From Macrostomum hystrix (Eukaryota > Animalia > Platyhelminthes): DNA of 64,000 bases. Both the position numbers and the translations under genes were made by a program. Below, in pieces: positions 47,101-57,982 of the stretch. The stretch covers positions 992,001 to 1,056,000 of the forward strand of contig CATNEN010000038.1 in NCBI GenBank assembly GCA_950097015.1, written 5' to 3'. The notes beneath the pieces were generated by a model. That model saw nothing but the letters and a program-made list of their open reading frames with translations, did not search any database and was not told the DNA's origin. Within the stretch, counting starts at the first letter, position 1; every line of letters begins with the position of its first letter.

Positions 47101-50100
47101 AGCTAAACGTAATCGATACATGCTGAGGAATACAATACTACGAGAAAGGTGAGACGAGATAAGAGTAGGGTGAGACGAGATGAGAGTAGGGTGAGAAGAG
47201 ATGACAGTAGGGTGAGACGAGATGAGAGTAGGGTGAGAAGAGATGAGAGTAGGGTGAGAAGAGATGACAGTAGGGTGAGACGAGATGAGAGTAGGGTGAG
47301 AAGAGATGACAGTAGGGTGAGACGAGATGAGAGTAGGGTGAGAAGAGATGACAGTAGGGTGAGACGAGATGAGAGTAGGGTGAGACGAGATAAGAGTAGC
47401 GTGAGATGAGATGACAGTAGGGTGAGACGAGATGAGAGTAGTGTGAGACAAGATGAGAGTAGGCTGAGACGAGATAAGAGTAGGGTGAGAAGAGATGAGA
47501 GTAGGGTGAGACGAGATGAGAGTAGGGTGAGACGAGATGAGATGAAATTGGGATGAGATAAACTAGATAAGAGTGAGATGAAGAAGACGAATAATTAAGG
47601 ATAGAAAAAGAAAAATTCAATGTGACGTCAGCTGCACAGTTTACGAGAGCATGAATAAAGGAGCGATAAACACTCACCTAGCCACTTGTTTGGCATCTTT
47701 AGGCGACTCTAAGTGCGGATCATTGGCCAACAGGTGCACAGCGTAGGGCAGCGTGTAGTCGGGCAGCACGCTGAAGAACCTCACCTTGTCATTAGCGATG
47801 ACAGACTGCTTGGCGAGGAGTTCTCGGCGAACAGACACGCAGCGGGCGTAGTACTGCCTGGCCAGCTGCTGGAAGTCCTTGTCGTCAGCCGCCTCAGTGA
47901 CGTAGGCGAACATTGCCATGAACTGCAGCGGCAGCCGAAACTTGGTAAGGCCGCGGTGGAGCTTATCTGCGAGATAATTTTCAGGTGTCATTGCACGAAC
48001 AGATTACTCATCATTAGCCCCTCTAACACAGAAGCAGAAGACTCAGAACCCGTCTCCAGCCCTACAAACACAGAAGCAGAAGACTCACAACCCATCTCCA
48101 GCCCTACAAACACAGAAGCAGAAGACTCAGAACCCATCTCCAGCCCTACAAACACAGAAGCAGAAAACTCAGAACCCATCTCCAGCCCTACAAACACAGA
48201 AGCAGAAAACTCAGAACCCATCTCCAGCCCTACAAACACAGAAGCAGAAAACTCAGAACCCATCTCCAGCTCTACAAACACAGAAGCAGAAGACTCAGAA
48301 CCCATCTCCAGTCCTACAAACACAGAAGCAAAAAACTCAGAACCCATCTCCAGCCCTACAAGCACAGAAGCAGCAGACTCAGAACCCATCTCCAGCCCTA
48401 CAAACACAGAAGCAGCAGACTCAGAACCCATCTCCAGCCCTACAAACACAGAAGCAGCAGACTCACAACCCATCTCCAGCCCTACAAACACAGAAGCAAG
48501 GGACTTACCAAGCACGCACTGCCGCACCTCCTTGCAGGGATCGCAGATGATTAGTGCCAGTGTCTGGAATTTATCGCAGTCAAGCAGCTGCAGCAGTGGC
48601 TGTCGCTGGCAGATGCGCAGCATAGCCTTGGCTGTGCAAGCACGCATCTGGGCCAGCTCGCCTGCCTCTGTAACACCCTTTGTTGAGCCATCGGCGGCCG
48701 GATCGCCATCGTGCAGAATGATCCGATAGAGCAGGTCGAAGATTGTCTTGGAGTCGTCGCCGACGCAGTCGACAAGCGCAGACGCAGTAGACGCAGACGC
48801 AGCTGCATTAGAGGCAGAGGCCAGACCAATGAGGTAGTGACACAGGCAACGAATTGAGGCCAGCTTCACACGGGTCAGGTGAGACAGCGACTCAGTCGGG
48901 CACCATTGACTCAATTTAGCCGCTGGCTGGACTGCCGACTTGCGACTACCAGCGGCGGCTGGGGCGGACGGCTTCCCAGCATCCGGCTGCATGATGAAGC
49001 TGAGCAGCCGCTTAGTAACCAGGCTAGCAACTTTGGACTGGTAGTGCAGGGCGTTGCGCTTGAGAATCTGCGTAACCAAGAGATGGGGATTAAATGAAAG
49101 TCATGAAAAGTTAAGATCTCATTAGAGATGCAGGTGAGATCTTATACATGAGGAAATGAGTGGAGAATAAGTTCGAAAGGAGAAATTGAGCATAAGATCC
49201 CATGGGAGAGTGGCTGAAATCATATAGTCAATGGTGAGATCCCATGGGAGAGTGGCTGAGATCATATAGTCAATGGTGAGATCTCATGAGAGTGTGTGAG
49301 ATCATATAGTGCATGTTGAGATCCCATGATAGAGTGGCTGAGATCATATAGTGAATGGTGAGATCTCATGAGAGAGTGGCTGAAATCATATAGTGAATGG
49401 TGAGATCTCATGAGAGAGTGGCTGAGATCATATAGTGAATGGTGAGATCTCATGAGAGAGTGGCTGAAATCATATAGTGAATGGTGAGATCGCATTGGAG
49501 AGTGGGTGAGATCGCATTGTAGAGTGGGTGAGATCTCATTGGAGAGTGGGTGAGATCGCATTGTAGAGTGGGTGAGATCTCATAGGAGAGTGGGTGAGAT
49601 CTCATCTCATTGAAGTCTTAAATCAGTAACTGACCTGGCCCAGGGCATCCAGGCGGGGCACGCATAGCTGACTAGAGTAGCTGAGCTTGCCAGCGTCGGC
49701 CACAATGGAATCGAATTCCTTGACCACCTGAGGCGCCAGGCCGCTAGCCTGCAGGGCAGTCAGACACTTGGCAGCCAGCTTAGCCAATGAGGAAACGGTT
49801 GCTGAGGATTTCACGGAGTCGCAGAGGCGTCTCAAGCACGGCACCAGAGAGTCTACGGCTTCCTGCCGATCCTCATTGAACAATGGAATCAGATTGAGTA
49901 GCAGGCTGAGACACACCTCGGAGGTGTCAACGTCAATGGCTTCGTCGCCGAGGCATTCGACCAAGTAGTCGAAGGTGTCGTCCAGATCCACAGTGTGAGG
50001 AAAATAGAAGCTGAGCATCTTGAGCAGCAACAGGCCCTTGTACTGGGTGACAGCGCAGGCTTCGCCGGGTAGAATATTTGCGGAATCTTCGCGACCGCTG

Positions 50101-53100
50101 ATCAGCAGATTCACTAGGCTGGTGACCGATTCACGGTCGAATAGGACGGGACCGACACGCTCCAGCAGGGTCTTCACAGTGATGCGATAGTTGGTCACTC
50201 TCTCCCACTCCTTGGCCTGAAATTAGTAGCAGCAAGATGCACCCTCCCAATCTTCAGGGTTGGCAGGCACACCCTCCCAATCTTCAGGGTTGGCAGGCAC
50301 ACCCTCGAAATCTTCAGGGTAGGCAGCCACATCTTCCCAATCTTCAGGGTTGGCAGGCACACCCTCCCAATCTTCAGGGTTGGCAGGCACACCCTCCCAA
50401 TCTTCAGGGTTGGCAGCCACACCCTCCCAATCTTCAGGGTTGGCAGGCACACCCTCCCAATCTTCAGGGTTGGCAGGCACACCCTCCCAATCTTCAGGGT
50501 TGGCAGGCACACCCTCCCAATCTTCAGGGTTGGCAGGCACACCCTCCCAATCTTCAGGGTTGGCAGCCACACCCTGGAAATCTTCAGGGTAGGCAGCCAC
50601 ACCCTCCCAATCTTTAGGGTAGGCTGCCACACCCCCCCCCCCAATATTCAGAGTAGGCAGTCATTTAAGCTTCTTAAAAATCCGAGCGTACAACCGCGAT
50701 TTCAGCTTCTAGCCGATATGTTTCCAATCTTTCAATCTAGCAAGTAGGCCTCACCTTCTTGCTAGTAGTGTTGACAGTCTTGTCGCTGCTAGCCAGAAGG
50801 CTGCGCAACAGCTCCGCAGCCTTAGCGCAGGGACAGTCCTTGGACAACAGTTTAGTCAGTTGTTGACGCATGGATTTTTCGCGTTGCAATAAATTAAAGA
50901 ATCTGCGCAAATGCTCATTGGCTCTATCGGCCTGCTGGAAATAGGACGATAGAGACCGCAGTTTGGTCATGAGCACGGACTCAGACTGGGGAGAGAGCTG
51001 CTCCGGCTCGTTTGAGATGATCTCCAGAATGGCTCCGGTGAGCTGGGTCACGTGATACTGAGTCTTGAGCATCTCCACTAGGGCCTATATCAGGAGAAAA
51101 ATAATAAGGACACAAAGAGTTAGAAAGCGAAATTCATTGTGCTCTACTATTAGTAGACTGAACGTATTTTTTCTCACCTTAGTCGACGCGTTGCTAAACG
51201 AACAGAAACAGCGCAGCAGGGCGCGCATTCGATCTTTGGCGCTCAAATTGTAAGGCACCAGGGAGGCTTTGAAGTGCCGCTCTACGGCTATGCGGTCCCA
51301 GTTGGTCTCCTGGGATATAAATGTGAGATAGGCGACAGACGTCTAACATTTTTCGATACATATAGGCTTAGCCATACATTTATTGGAAGTTAATTGAAAA
51401 AAACTATAAATCTGAAAAAACGATTAAATTTAACGATAAATTATCTAACTGTTAAATTAACGAAACCCAAACTGGACCCAATCAAATTAACGGAACCCAG
51501 ACTAGACCCAATCAAATTAACGGAAACCAAACTGGAGCCAATCAAATTAACGGAACCCAAACTGGACCCAATCAAATTAACGGAACCCAGACTAGACCCA
51601 ATCAAATTAACGTGAGCCAAACTGGATCCAATCAAATAAACGGAACCCAAACTGGACCCAATCAAATTAACGGAACCCAGACTAGACCCAATCAAATTAA
51701 CGGAAACCAAACTGGAGCCAATCAAATTAACGGAACCCAAACTGGACCCAATAAAATTAACGGAACCCAAACTGGACCCAATAAAATTAACGGAACCCAA
51801 ACTGGACCCAATAAAATTAACGGAACCCAATACAAGACAACAAATGATTAATCAGACTCAGCAATCCTACCTGAAAGTACATGTGCATAATGGCATTGGC
51901 ACACTGTGCCAGTCTAGTCCACACGGCCTTATTGCCGGATCGAATCAGATTAGAGTCAGTTATGTAGGCCTTGTAGATACTGGCCAGGTTGGTGAGTGCG
52001 GTCCGCCTAACGCCCTGGTCTTTGTCACGCGATCGATCAACCAGAATCGATAGGAAATCCTCCGGCAAAGATTCCAATTGCTGTTTGGCCATATCGGCCA
52101 CCAGAGTGATGACGGCATTCCTGATGGCCTCCTCGGGGTCCATGCTACGGCCGCGCAGCAGAGCCAGGAGAGAGTCGCGCAGCTCCGGATTGGCTCTGAG
52201 AAGCTGCGGCACCGAGCTGACGCAGATGGTGCGCACTTCAACGCTGACGTCAACGAATCTGCCCAGGTAGGCCTGCCACAGATCCGGCTGACGCTCCATC
52301 AGGCTGCCGGTGGCCTCGCCGAACAGTTTAGCCATGACGCGGCAGGCTCGCTTGCGTTCTCGCTCGCTCTTTGACAGCAGCTTCATCTTCATCATGGGCA
52401 GGACTGGGTTCACGAAGGCGTGATCCAACTTGTGCAGCTCATAGATGAGCAGGAATACGAGATCCTCTTTAATGCCCTTTTGCTGCTGCTGCTGCTGCTG
52501 CATTGGCGAATCGGCCGAAGACAAAATCAACATCTCTTGTAGAGTCTGATGAATCGGCGATTCCAAATGGTTAACGCCAGCCTGTTGAATGGGCGGTGTC
52601 AGGAGTTTGTAGCTTCGATACCTATTGGAATCGTCTCAGAGGCTTTTAGCAGTAGAACCACCCTGACAATTTTAGTGCTGCACCCGAACGGAGCAACGCA
52701 AGCACACGAAACCCAACAACACGGGCCAACTTTTTGTTGAGGATCTTCTAAAACAATAATCAAGTCGCCAGCTCTTCAGACCGTCTAGATATTCAATGGC
52801 TCTGGCTGAAGGTCAGATTTTTGTTAAAAGCGCTAGAGTATTTCATACACCCCTATACACAATTAGCACTGCGCCTCAGTGCGGCCTTGCCAGGCCTTCA
52901 TCAGCATGTCACCCGGTGGTCACCTACCTTTATCTAGACGGACTGCTGGACCTTCAAGGGCTACAACAGGTGGAACTAGGCCACTATGGACACCCTGGCG
53001 CGAATTTCTCCAATTTAATTGATCAAGCCTAAATATTGGGCGCAGCTCAACCACAGGACACCATCGGGTAGTCTGTCAACCAATCAGTTATCACCCAACG

Positions 53101-55911
53101 CTGTTAGCATTCAGGCGCTGCCAAAAAAAATTCAGGGGGAAGAATCTCCCATTGGTATAAAAAACGGGCGGCAAAATGGCTTGGAACTCCTGCCGTTAAA
53201 TATAAATTTGGAATCAAACAGATTTTAGGAATCGTCAACGGAAAAATAATAATAAAGATTGCAGGAGGGCTGTGGGCACCGTTTAGGACACTAGACCCGT
53301 CAGGCAGTGTACACTTGCACTGTGCCTAGGAGGTTGGCTCGTGAATTGCACGACAAACCCCCAAATGAATGTGGCCTCAACGCGGAATCGAGCTCGGGGA
53401 CCTCTTGGTTCTTGGTGAGGGACACAATATAGCGATAACCTTCAAAATATTGTCGAAATTATCTACCTGCAGGAACTGTACAGCCAGTTGATTGCAGCGC
53501 GGTTCCTGCATCTTCTTTGGCTGAATTAGGAACTCCAGTACATAGTTGATGGTCTCGGAGCCAACTAGCTCAATCTCCTCATTAACAACCTTGGCGGCTG
53601 CCTCTACAAGGCAGGCGATGCTGGCCTCCGGCGTGGCCTCCCAGCTCCACGTGTCCACGCTGCGCACTATTGTGAATAGGAAGCGAAAGAATTCGTGACA
53701 GACGGCTTTGCCTGCCGGATTGTCGTGGCAGACCATGATGAGGTCCGTCTGGATTAGGCTCTGGCAGAAGTAGGACAGCTTCTCGTAGGACACATCATTC
53801 TTGCTCTTCACCTGCGACAGGGAGTCAGTTGGATGATTGACAGGGGAGTCAGTTGGATGATTGACAGGGAAGTCAGTTGGATGATTGACATGGCATTCAG
53901 TTGGATGATTGACATGGCATTCAGTTGGATGATTGACATGGCATTTAGTTGGATGATTGACAGGGGAGTCAGTTGGATGATTGACATGGCATTCAGTTGG
54001 ATGATTGACAGGGAAGTCAGTTGGATGATTGACATGGCATTCAGTTGGATGATTGACAGGGGAGTCAGTTGGATGATTGACAGGGAAGTCAGTTGGATGA
54101 TTGACATGGCATTCAGTTGGATGATTGACAGGGGAGTCAGTTGGATGATTGACAGGGGAGTCAGTTGGATGATTGACATGGCATTTAGTTGGATGATTGA
54201 CAGGGGAGTCAGTTGGATGATTGACATGGCATTCAGTTGGATGATTGACAGGGAAGTCAGTTGGATGATTCACAGGGGAGTCAGTTGGATGATTGACAGG
54301 GGAGTCAGTTGGATGATTGACATGGCATTTAGTTGGATGATTGACAGGGGAGTCAGTTGGATGATTGACATGGCATTCAGTTGGATGATTGACATGGCAT
54401 TCAGTTGGATGATTGACAGGGGAGTCAGTTGGATGATTGACATGGCATTCAGTTGGATGATTGACAGGGAAGTCAGTTGGATGATTGACAGGGGAGTCAG
54501 TTGGATGATTGACAGGGGAGTCAGTTGGATGATTGACATGGCATTCAGTTGGATGATTGACATGACATTTAGTTGGATGATTGACAGGGGAGTCAGTTGG
54601 ATGATTGACATGGCATTCAGTTGGATGATTGACAGGGAAGTCATTTGGATGATTGACAGGGAAGTCAGTTGGATGATTGACATAGCATTCAGTTGGATGA
54701 TTGACATGGCATTCAGTTGGATGATTGACAGGGGAGTCAGTTGGATGATTGACATGGCATTCAGTTGGATGATTGACAGGGGAGTCAGTTGGATGATTGA
54801 CAGGGGAGTCAGTTGGATGATTGACATGGCATTCAGTTGGATGATTGACATGGCATTCAGTTGGATGATTGACAGGGCATTCAGTTGGATGATTGACATG
54901 GCATTCAGTTGGATGATTGACATGGCATTCAGTTGGATGATTGACATGGCATTCAGTTGGATGATTGACATGACATTCAGTTGGATGATTGACATGAAAT
55001 TCAGTTGGATGATTGACAGGGAAGTCAGTTGGATGATTGACAGGGGAGTCAGTTGGATGATTGACATGACATTCAGTTGGATGATTGACATGGCATTCAG
55101 TTGGATGATTGACAGGGAAGTCAGTTGGATGATTGACATGGCATTCAGTTGGATGATTGACAGGACATTCAGTTGGATGATTGACATGACATTCAGTTGG
55201 ATGATTGACATGAAATTCAGTTGGATGATTGACAGGGAAGTCAGTTGGATGATTGACATGGCATTCAGTTGGATGATTGACATGGCATTCAGTTGGATGA
55301 TTGACATGGCATTTAGTTGGATGATTGACAGGGGAGTCAGTTGGATGATTGACATGGCATTCAGTTGGATGATTGACAGGGAAGTCAGTTGGATGATTGA
55401 CATGGCATTCAGTTGGATGATTGACAGGACATTCAGTTGGATGATTGACACATTGTGCGTTAACTGACAGGTTCAATGGGGATGATTGGCAAGTCCAGTG
55501 ACTGACGGAGCAGTGGGTATGATAAACAGACGAAAAAGCAGGCGTGAGGCGTCTCACCTGCTGGAGCTGGCAGGCGGTGCGGTACAAAAAAGTGAGCACA
55601 GTAGCGATGAGTTCATTCTCGTCGCACAGGCTAACAAACGGATTGCTGGGGCAATAAATCTTGAACATTTCTATTAGGCAACAACCGATCAGCAGTCTGA
55701 CATCCTTGTCATCGCTGTTTATAAAGTGGTCAGCGGCCAAGTGAAGACTGAGGCCCTGAAAGTCATTGTTATTGTTGCCCTGCTTCTCGGCATTGGCCAG
55801 TTGAGTCAGGGCAGCCCAAAGAACTTTCAGGCGCTTCTTCAGGTCGTCCGGTTTGAGACTCTCGTGCACCTCTTTGCATCCGGGCGGATAGAAGATTGAG
55901 CAGCTTGTCAT
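40155..55911 (-). CDS. pds5: Sister chromatid cohesion protein Pds5 (HEAT-repeat cohesin regulator), 10 coding exons, ~1586 aa
   Basis: Exons 55911-55558, 53811-53467, 52581-51871, 51309-51178, 51084-50755, 50216-49635, 49067-48509, 47966-47678, 47054-46601, 41159-40155 (4761 nt, all GT-AG, phases consistent). Motifs YPPGCKE...[48 protein letters not shown]...[44 protein letters not shown]. Confidence 0.93.
41230..41389. repeat. 18-bp minisatellite (ATGACCAAGCAATGCCTT)n, left half
   Basis: Continues at 45995-46140 on the other side of the LTR element. Confidence 0.95.
41390..45994 (-). mobile_element. Intact Ty3/Gypsy LTR retrotransposon (Mag-like), 4605 bp
   Basis: Identical 185-bp LTRs TGT...ACA (41390-41574, 45810-45994); 5-bp TSD ATGAC (41385-41389, 45995-45999); PBS-like TGGCATCG just inside the 5' LTR; PPT GAAGGGGGAGAGA (41587-41575). 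Confidence 0.97.
41793..45776 (-). CDS. Gag-Pol polyprotein (zinc knuckles, aspartic protease, RT, RNase H, integrase), 1327 aa
   Basis: [14 protein letters not shown]; LIDSGA; LDIAKAFYQ...WIHDD; VDAG...[10 protein letters not shown]...SDHKPL; HQGH...CRSC; ADF...VTDNGPPF...NGMTERLN; order PR-RT-RH-IN. Confidence 0.97.
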   Translation of the reverse strand: MTEQISLAPPGQFVIDSDCHSTAQRWTAWARRFATYINAAGIHDAKRGQHLLLYAAGEELQTIVEENEIDAGEDYSSLAKNIQEFWDGKNSIVFLRFKFETCRQQQGETIDQWYQRLRKAAEPCEFGAIKDSLIRDKIVAYCDSERLRRDFLQSKDITLTDVLRKARAKEAAEQQASAMENGRPGEPQQQLAAIRRAEQPPGPQVRCNRCGRPGHSTCAAAQGKSCRKCGKPGHFARACRSRQEAPQSNSNAVAMLQGETSYERVDDPDTGVFKVDQEEQSAHTVAEINGTRLSVLIDSGAARNVINRATFESLKQRPRLQAASDRLFAYGSDRPMQLIGKAAMSIRLFGRRAVATFHVVEGRGITIIGRQTATQMEILRIGPPPTVDHQVLQVAEAEVAVDSLLGNTRSSGMPQDALGRILRKYSSVLSGIGCFTGPPVSIHLTDNARPVCHAPSKVPIHLAEAVDKELQLLEQLGIIEPVDGPVPWVARMVVVPKKEPGEVRITQDLRDVNRYVIRERHQIPTFEEVTGDMAGSTVFSELDIAKAFYQVPVAEECRNLLTFSTPRGLRRLTRLCMGLSTSQEILQSVMCRVLAGLPNVKWIHDDVVVFGRTMAEHNSSLEACLARLAQHGITLNARKCRLARSSIEFMGMRLTAEGVQATESKVAAVQEFKVPETISQLRSFLGLVNYLAVFTPQLAKVAEPLRRLTRKNTDWQWGADQASAFAQLKRSIAEPTTLAFYDKRLRTQLIVDAGPTGLGAILAQVQHDGSSRPVAYASRTLSDVERRYSQTEKEALAVKFGCLKFEYYLYGSPEFTVISDHKPLTAMYAPGSRPPPRVERMALRIQHLVFKVEYQPGASNAADILSRQPLNAEGSRTSEQLREAYINEVAQAAVPKALTLEDIRKSSASDPVIRAAIAAMQGGQWDRSSAEMRSLHALREELSAVDGVLLRHQRIVVPAALRQQMLELAHQGHQCSQKTTARLSSKVWWPRMATQAEEFVSRCRSCAITSHTPAVRATPLQPTPIPKGAWLSIGADFVGPINNNMLLVCVDRYSRFPEVQLMQTTTAEALVPRLREMFARFGIPQELVTDNGPPFSSKEFGRFLESYGIKHRLITPYYPAANGMTERLNRSINKVVRAAIEERRDWRAALDEWLLAYRNTPHTATGRAPAELLMGRRPNDVIPAARPSQRVRINEQRLREMDASAKAAMKQRADARRRPRRHEIQVGDSVLRRRVGASKTQTPFESGAWTVQRVAGNSLMLRRDGAACWRHCTAVKVVTPESDDAGARPQAAAPETPGEAARNPAESPVALRPHPRAARGGVKIYKD
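45995..46140. repeat. 18-bp minisatellite, right half
   Basis: Same unit as 41230-41389. Confidence 0.9.
46228..46460. repeat. 18-bp minisatellite (CAGATCATGGCAAATGAC)n, Pds5 intron 9
   Basis: Direct periodicity. Confidence 0.95.
46601..47054 (-). CDS. pds5: Pds5 exon 9
   Basis: cacgccag|A CTG...AAG|gtgatt; LRFLLEPL...KLHAVADLA. Confidence 0.9.
47145..47545. repeat. 21-bp minisatellite (GAGTAGGGTGAGACGAGATGA)n, Pds5 intron 8
   Basis: Direct periodicity. Confidence 0.95.
47678..47966 (-). CDS. pds5: Pds5 exon 8
   Basis: ctcgcag|AT AAG...GCT AG|gtgagt; [17 protein letters not shown]. Confidence 0.9.
48020..48500. repeat. 42-bp minisatellite, Pds5 intron 7
   Basis: (CCTACAAACACAGAAGCAGAAGACTCAGAACCCATCTCCAGC)n. 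Confidence 0.95.
48509..49067 (-). CDS. pds5: Pds5 exon 7
   Basis: tacgcag|ATT CTC...CTT G|gtaagt; [21 protein letters not shown]. Confidence 0.88.
49195..49605. repeat. 42-bp minisatellite plus short 22-bp run, Pds5 intron 6
   Basis: Direct periodicity around GAGATCTC cores. Confidence 0.9.
49635..50216 (-). CDS. pds5: Pds5 exon 6
   Basis: atttcag|GCC AAG...GGC CAG|gtcagt; [15 protein letters not shown]. Confidence 0.88.
50240..50635. repeat. 30-bp minisatellite (ACCCTCCCAATCTTCAGGGTTGGCAGGCAC)n, Pds5 intron 5
   Basis: Direct periodicity. Confidence 0.95.
50755..51084 (-). CDS. pds5: Pds5 exon 5
   Basis: gatatag|GCC CTA...AAG|gtgagg. Confidence 0.85.
51178..51309 (-). CDS. pds5: Pds5 exon 4
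   Basis: atcccag|GAG ACC...AAG|gtgaga; DRIAVERHF...[12 protein letters not shown]. Confidence 0.85.
51455..51830. repeat. 30-bp minisatellite (ATCAAATTAACGGAACCCAAACTGGACCCA)n, Pds5 intron 3
   Basis: Direct periodicity. Confidence 0.95.
51871..52581 (-). CDS. pds5: Pds5 exon 3
   Basis: ttcaacag|GCT...TTT CAG|gtagga; [18 protein letters not shown]. Confidence 0.9.
53285..53410 (-). mobile_element. SINE family B fragment (internally deleted) in Pds5 intron 2
   Basis: caggcagtgtacac...aattgcacgacaaaccccc...aatgtggcctc..cgcggaatcgagctc matches the 8540-8856 copy. Confidence 0.65.
53467..53811 (-). CDS. pds5: Pds5 exon 2
   Basis: gtcgcag|GTG AAG...CTG CAG|gtagat. Confidence 0.85.
53815..55450. 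repeat. 24-bp minisatellite (CAGTTGGATGATTGACAGGGGAGT / ...CATGGCATT)n, Pds5 intron 1
   Basis: ~68 units, several interspersed variants. Confidence 0.95.
55558..55911 (-). CDS. pds5: Pds5 exon 1
   Basis: ATG ACA AGC...YPPGCKEV...CAG|gtgaga; acceptor ctccag 6 nt before ATG implies an upstream non-coding exon or leader. Confidence 0.9.
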
Positions 55912-56414
55912 GCTGATCTGGAGAAAAATCGTGGTAGATTTAGGCATTTACACTGACCAAGGCCTGCAGAATCCAAACTTATATTGTTTAAATTGTTAAA
56001 AAAGATAAAACATATGAAGTTAATTTGTGAAATGAATGAAATAAATTGAGAAAATAAATTATATGAAGCGATTACAAACTTTGCTGTTTATGACAAGCAA
56101 GAAAGTCAGATTTTGCAAAAAATTTACTGATCTAAATTACAGCTCTGGCTACTAAAGAGAGATAAAACAAAATTTTATATAGACTTTAGATTGTATGGCA
56201 CTATTTATAGTCAACACGAAATTAATGACAGTTTTAAACTAGGAAGATTTGTATTTTTGTTTAAGTTTATCAAGTCTAAAAACAACAATCTGACACTCAA
56301 AAGTTTGGCTATATGTTGAATATATCTTACATACAGTATATGTATGTAATGTTAATAAGCATGAGCATTAGAGACATGTAATTCAAGCATACTTGCATTA
56401 TCATAATATATATT

Positions 56415-56698
56415 CACGACTCACGACTTGAAGGTCGGGGGTTCGATTCCCGACTACCCTGAACAATTTGTGTCCTTTAGCAAGACACTTAACTCTGCAT
56501 TGCTTCAGTTCACCCAGCTGTTAAATGGGTATCAGCATCAGCTGGGATAATTGAAGGTGGGTGTGGCGTCCCCCCAGTCCATGGACTGAACAGCTGTACG
56601 CAGCCTTCAGATGCGCCGCGCATTAGCTGCGGCTGTGCTGTCGGCTGCACATCTGACCCAATTGGGGCAGGTGTAATCAATTATTATTATTATTATTA
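56415..56698 (+). mobile_element. tRNA-derived CORE-SINE (family A) with (ATT)n tail and 18-bp TSD
   Basis: B-box GGTTCGATTCC; tgtgtcctttagcaagacacttaactctgcattgcttcagttcacccagctgttaaatggg resembles the MIR CORE domain; TSD ATTATCATAATATATATT at 56397-56414 and 56699-56716. Confidence 0.88.
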
Positions 56699-57982
56699 AT
56701 TATCATAATATATATTAAATGTGTAAATGCACATAAAGTTTTGCAGCAAACTGTAATAAAGAACAATATTTTGACAATGGACCATTAGCCAAATTGCTTG
56801 TGGCTGAAGCAACCAGAATTCAAGCAAGCTAATACTAACTTTTTTTACTCTGAGCAGGGCAGTTGTAATATTATTACCTTCTGGATGGCTGGAAAAGTTG
56901 ACATCTTACAGTGCTAAGTTTGATTATGCCACCAATGGAGGTACAGATATAGAACTGTAGCATATCTATACACTATACAATGGACACTAGACCCTGTGGC
57001 TATATTGCTTATATAGCAGTGTGTGTGTGTGTGTGTGTTCAACTTTCATTTGTTCAATTGTTTTGCATTTTAGACTAAAATTATACAAAAATTGAATTTG
57101 AACAAAAATTAACTCAACATTTTATATGGCATTTCATAATTTAACAAAAGAGGAGAATTGCAAAACTATGCAATACTTATCAAGCTAATAATATTTGTAG
57201 GGCCTATAGGCATATGGTATATTGTAATTGGTGTATACAGTGACATTACAAATATAGCATTAAAGGCAATTTCACTACCAAAAAGTAAACACAAAAGTGA
57301 TAATGATTGTAACTACTGACTTTTTGGTAATGAAAAAAACAAATAGTAATTTTTTGACTAAAAAATCTGAATCATTCTCACTAATCTTTACCATAATTAT
57401 GTGTGTTCAGTAGCCATGAGATCACATATAGACTTTAGATTTGATTGATGATAGTGATAAAATGATGTAATGAATCTAATGATATAATATAATATAATGA
57501 TATTTATTGATATGAAATAGATAAATTATTTAAAACATGCACATTTACTTTGTTTTTTATCAACCCTCGAGTCTGTACGAAATTAGTTATATTATTTTTG
57601 TTATAATTGTAAAGAACTTTCCAGAAAGCCATTTATAACTATAAATATATAGGAGGTACCCAGCCTAAAGTTTAATCTGTCTTTTTACTACTTCAAACAC
57701 AACCTTAAAACTACAAACCAACCAGTGCTTTCACTTCATTTATTGAAACCCACTACAATAGTATTCACTACTTAGTTGGTCAGGCCACCAGGCCAATCAA
57801 CAAAAGACAAATAGATTGAACTGTAACTAATTTGTAAGATTTAAAACAAATAATGGCTTTTCACACTTTTATAGATAAAGGGTAGTTAGATTGCTTTCTA
57901 GTCTAAAATAATTGGCCAAGCTAACTACACAACAATACCAAAAAAGGGCTCACATAATGTCATTTCTACCCATAGTCTAGAT

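Noticed and set aside
47713-48729. 338-aa plus-strand mucin-like ORF
   Set aside because: Antisense to Pds5 exons 7-8 plus the 42-bp intronic repeat
53833-55467. 544-aa plus-strand ORF (MIDRGVSW)n
   Set aside because: Antisense reading of the intronic 24-bp array
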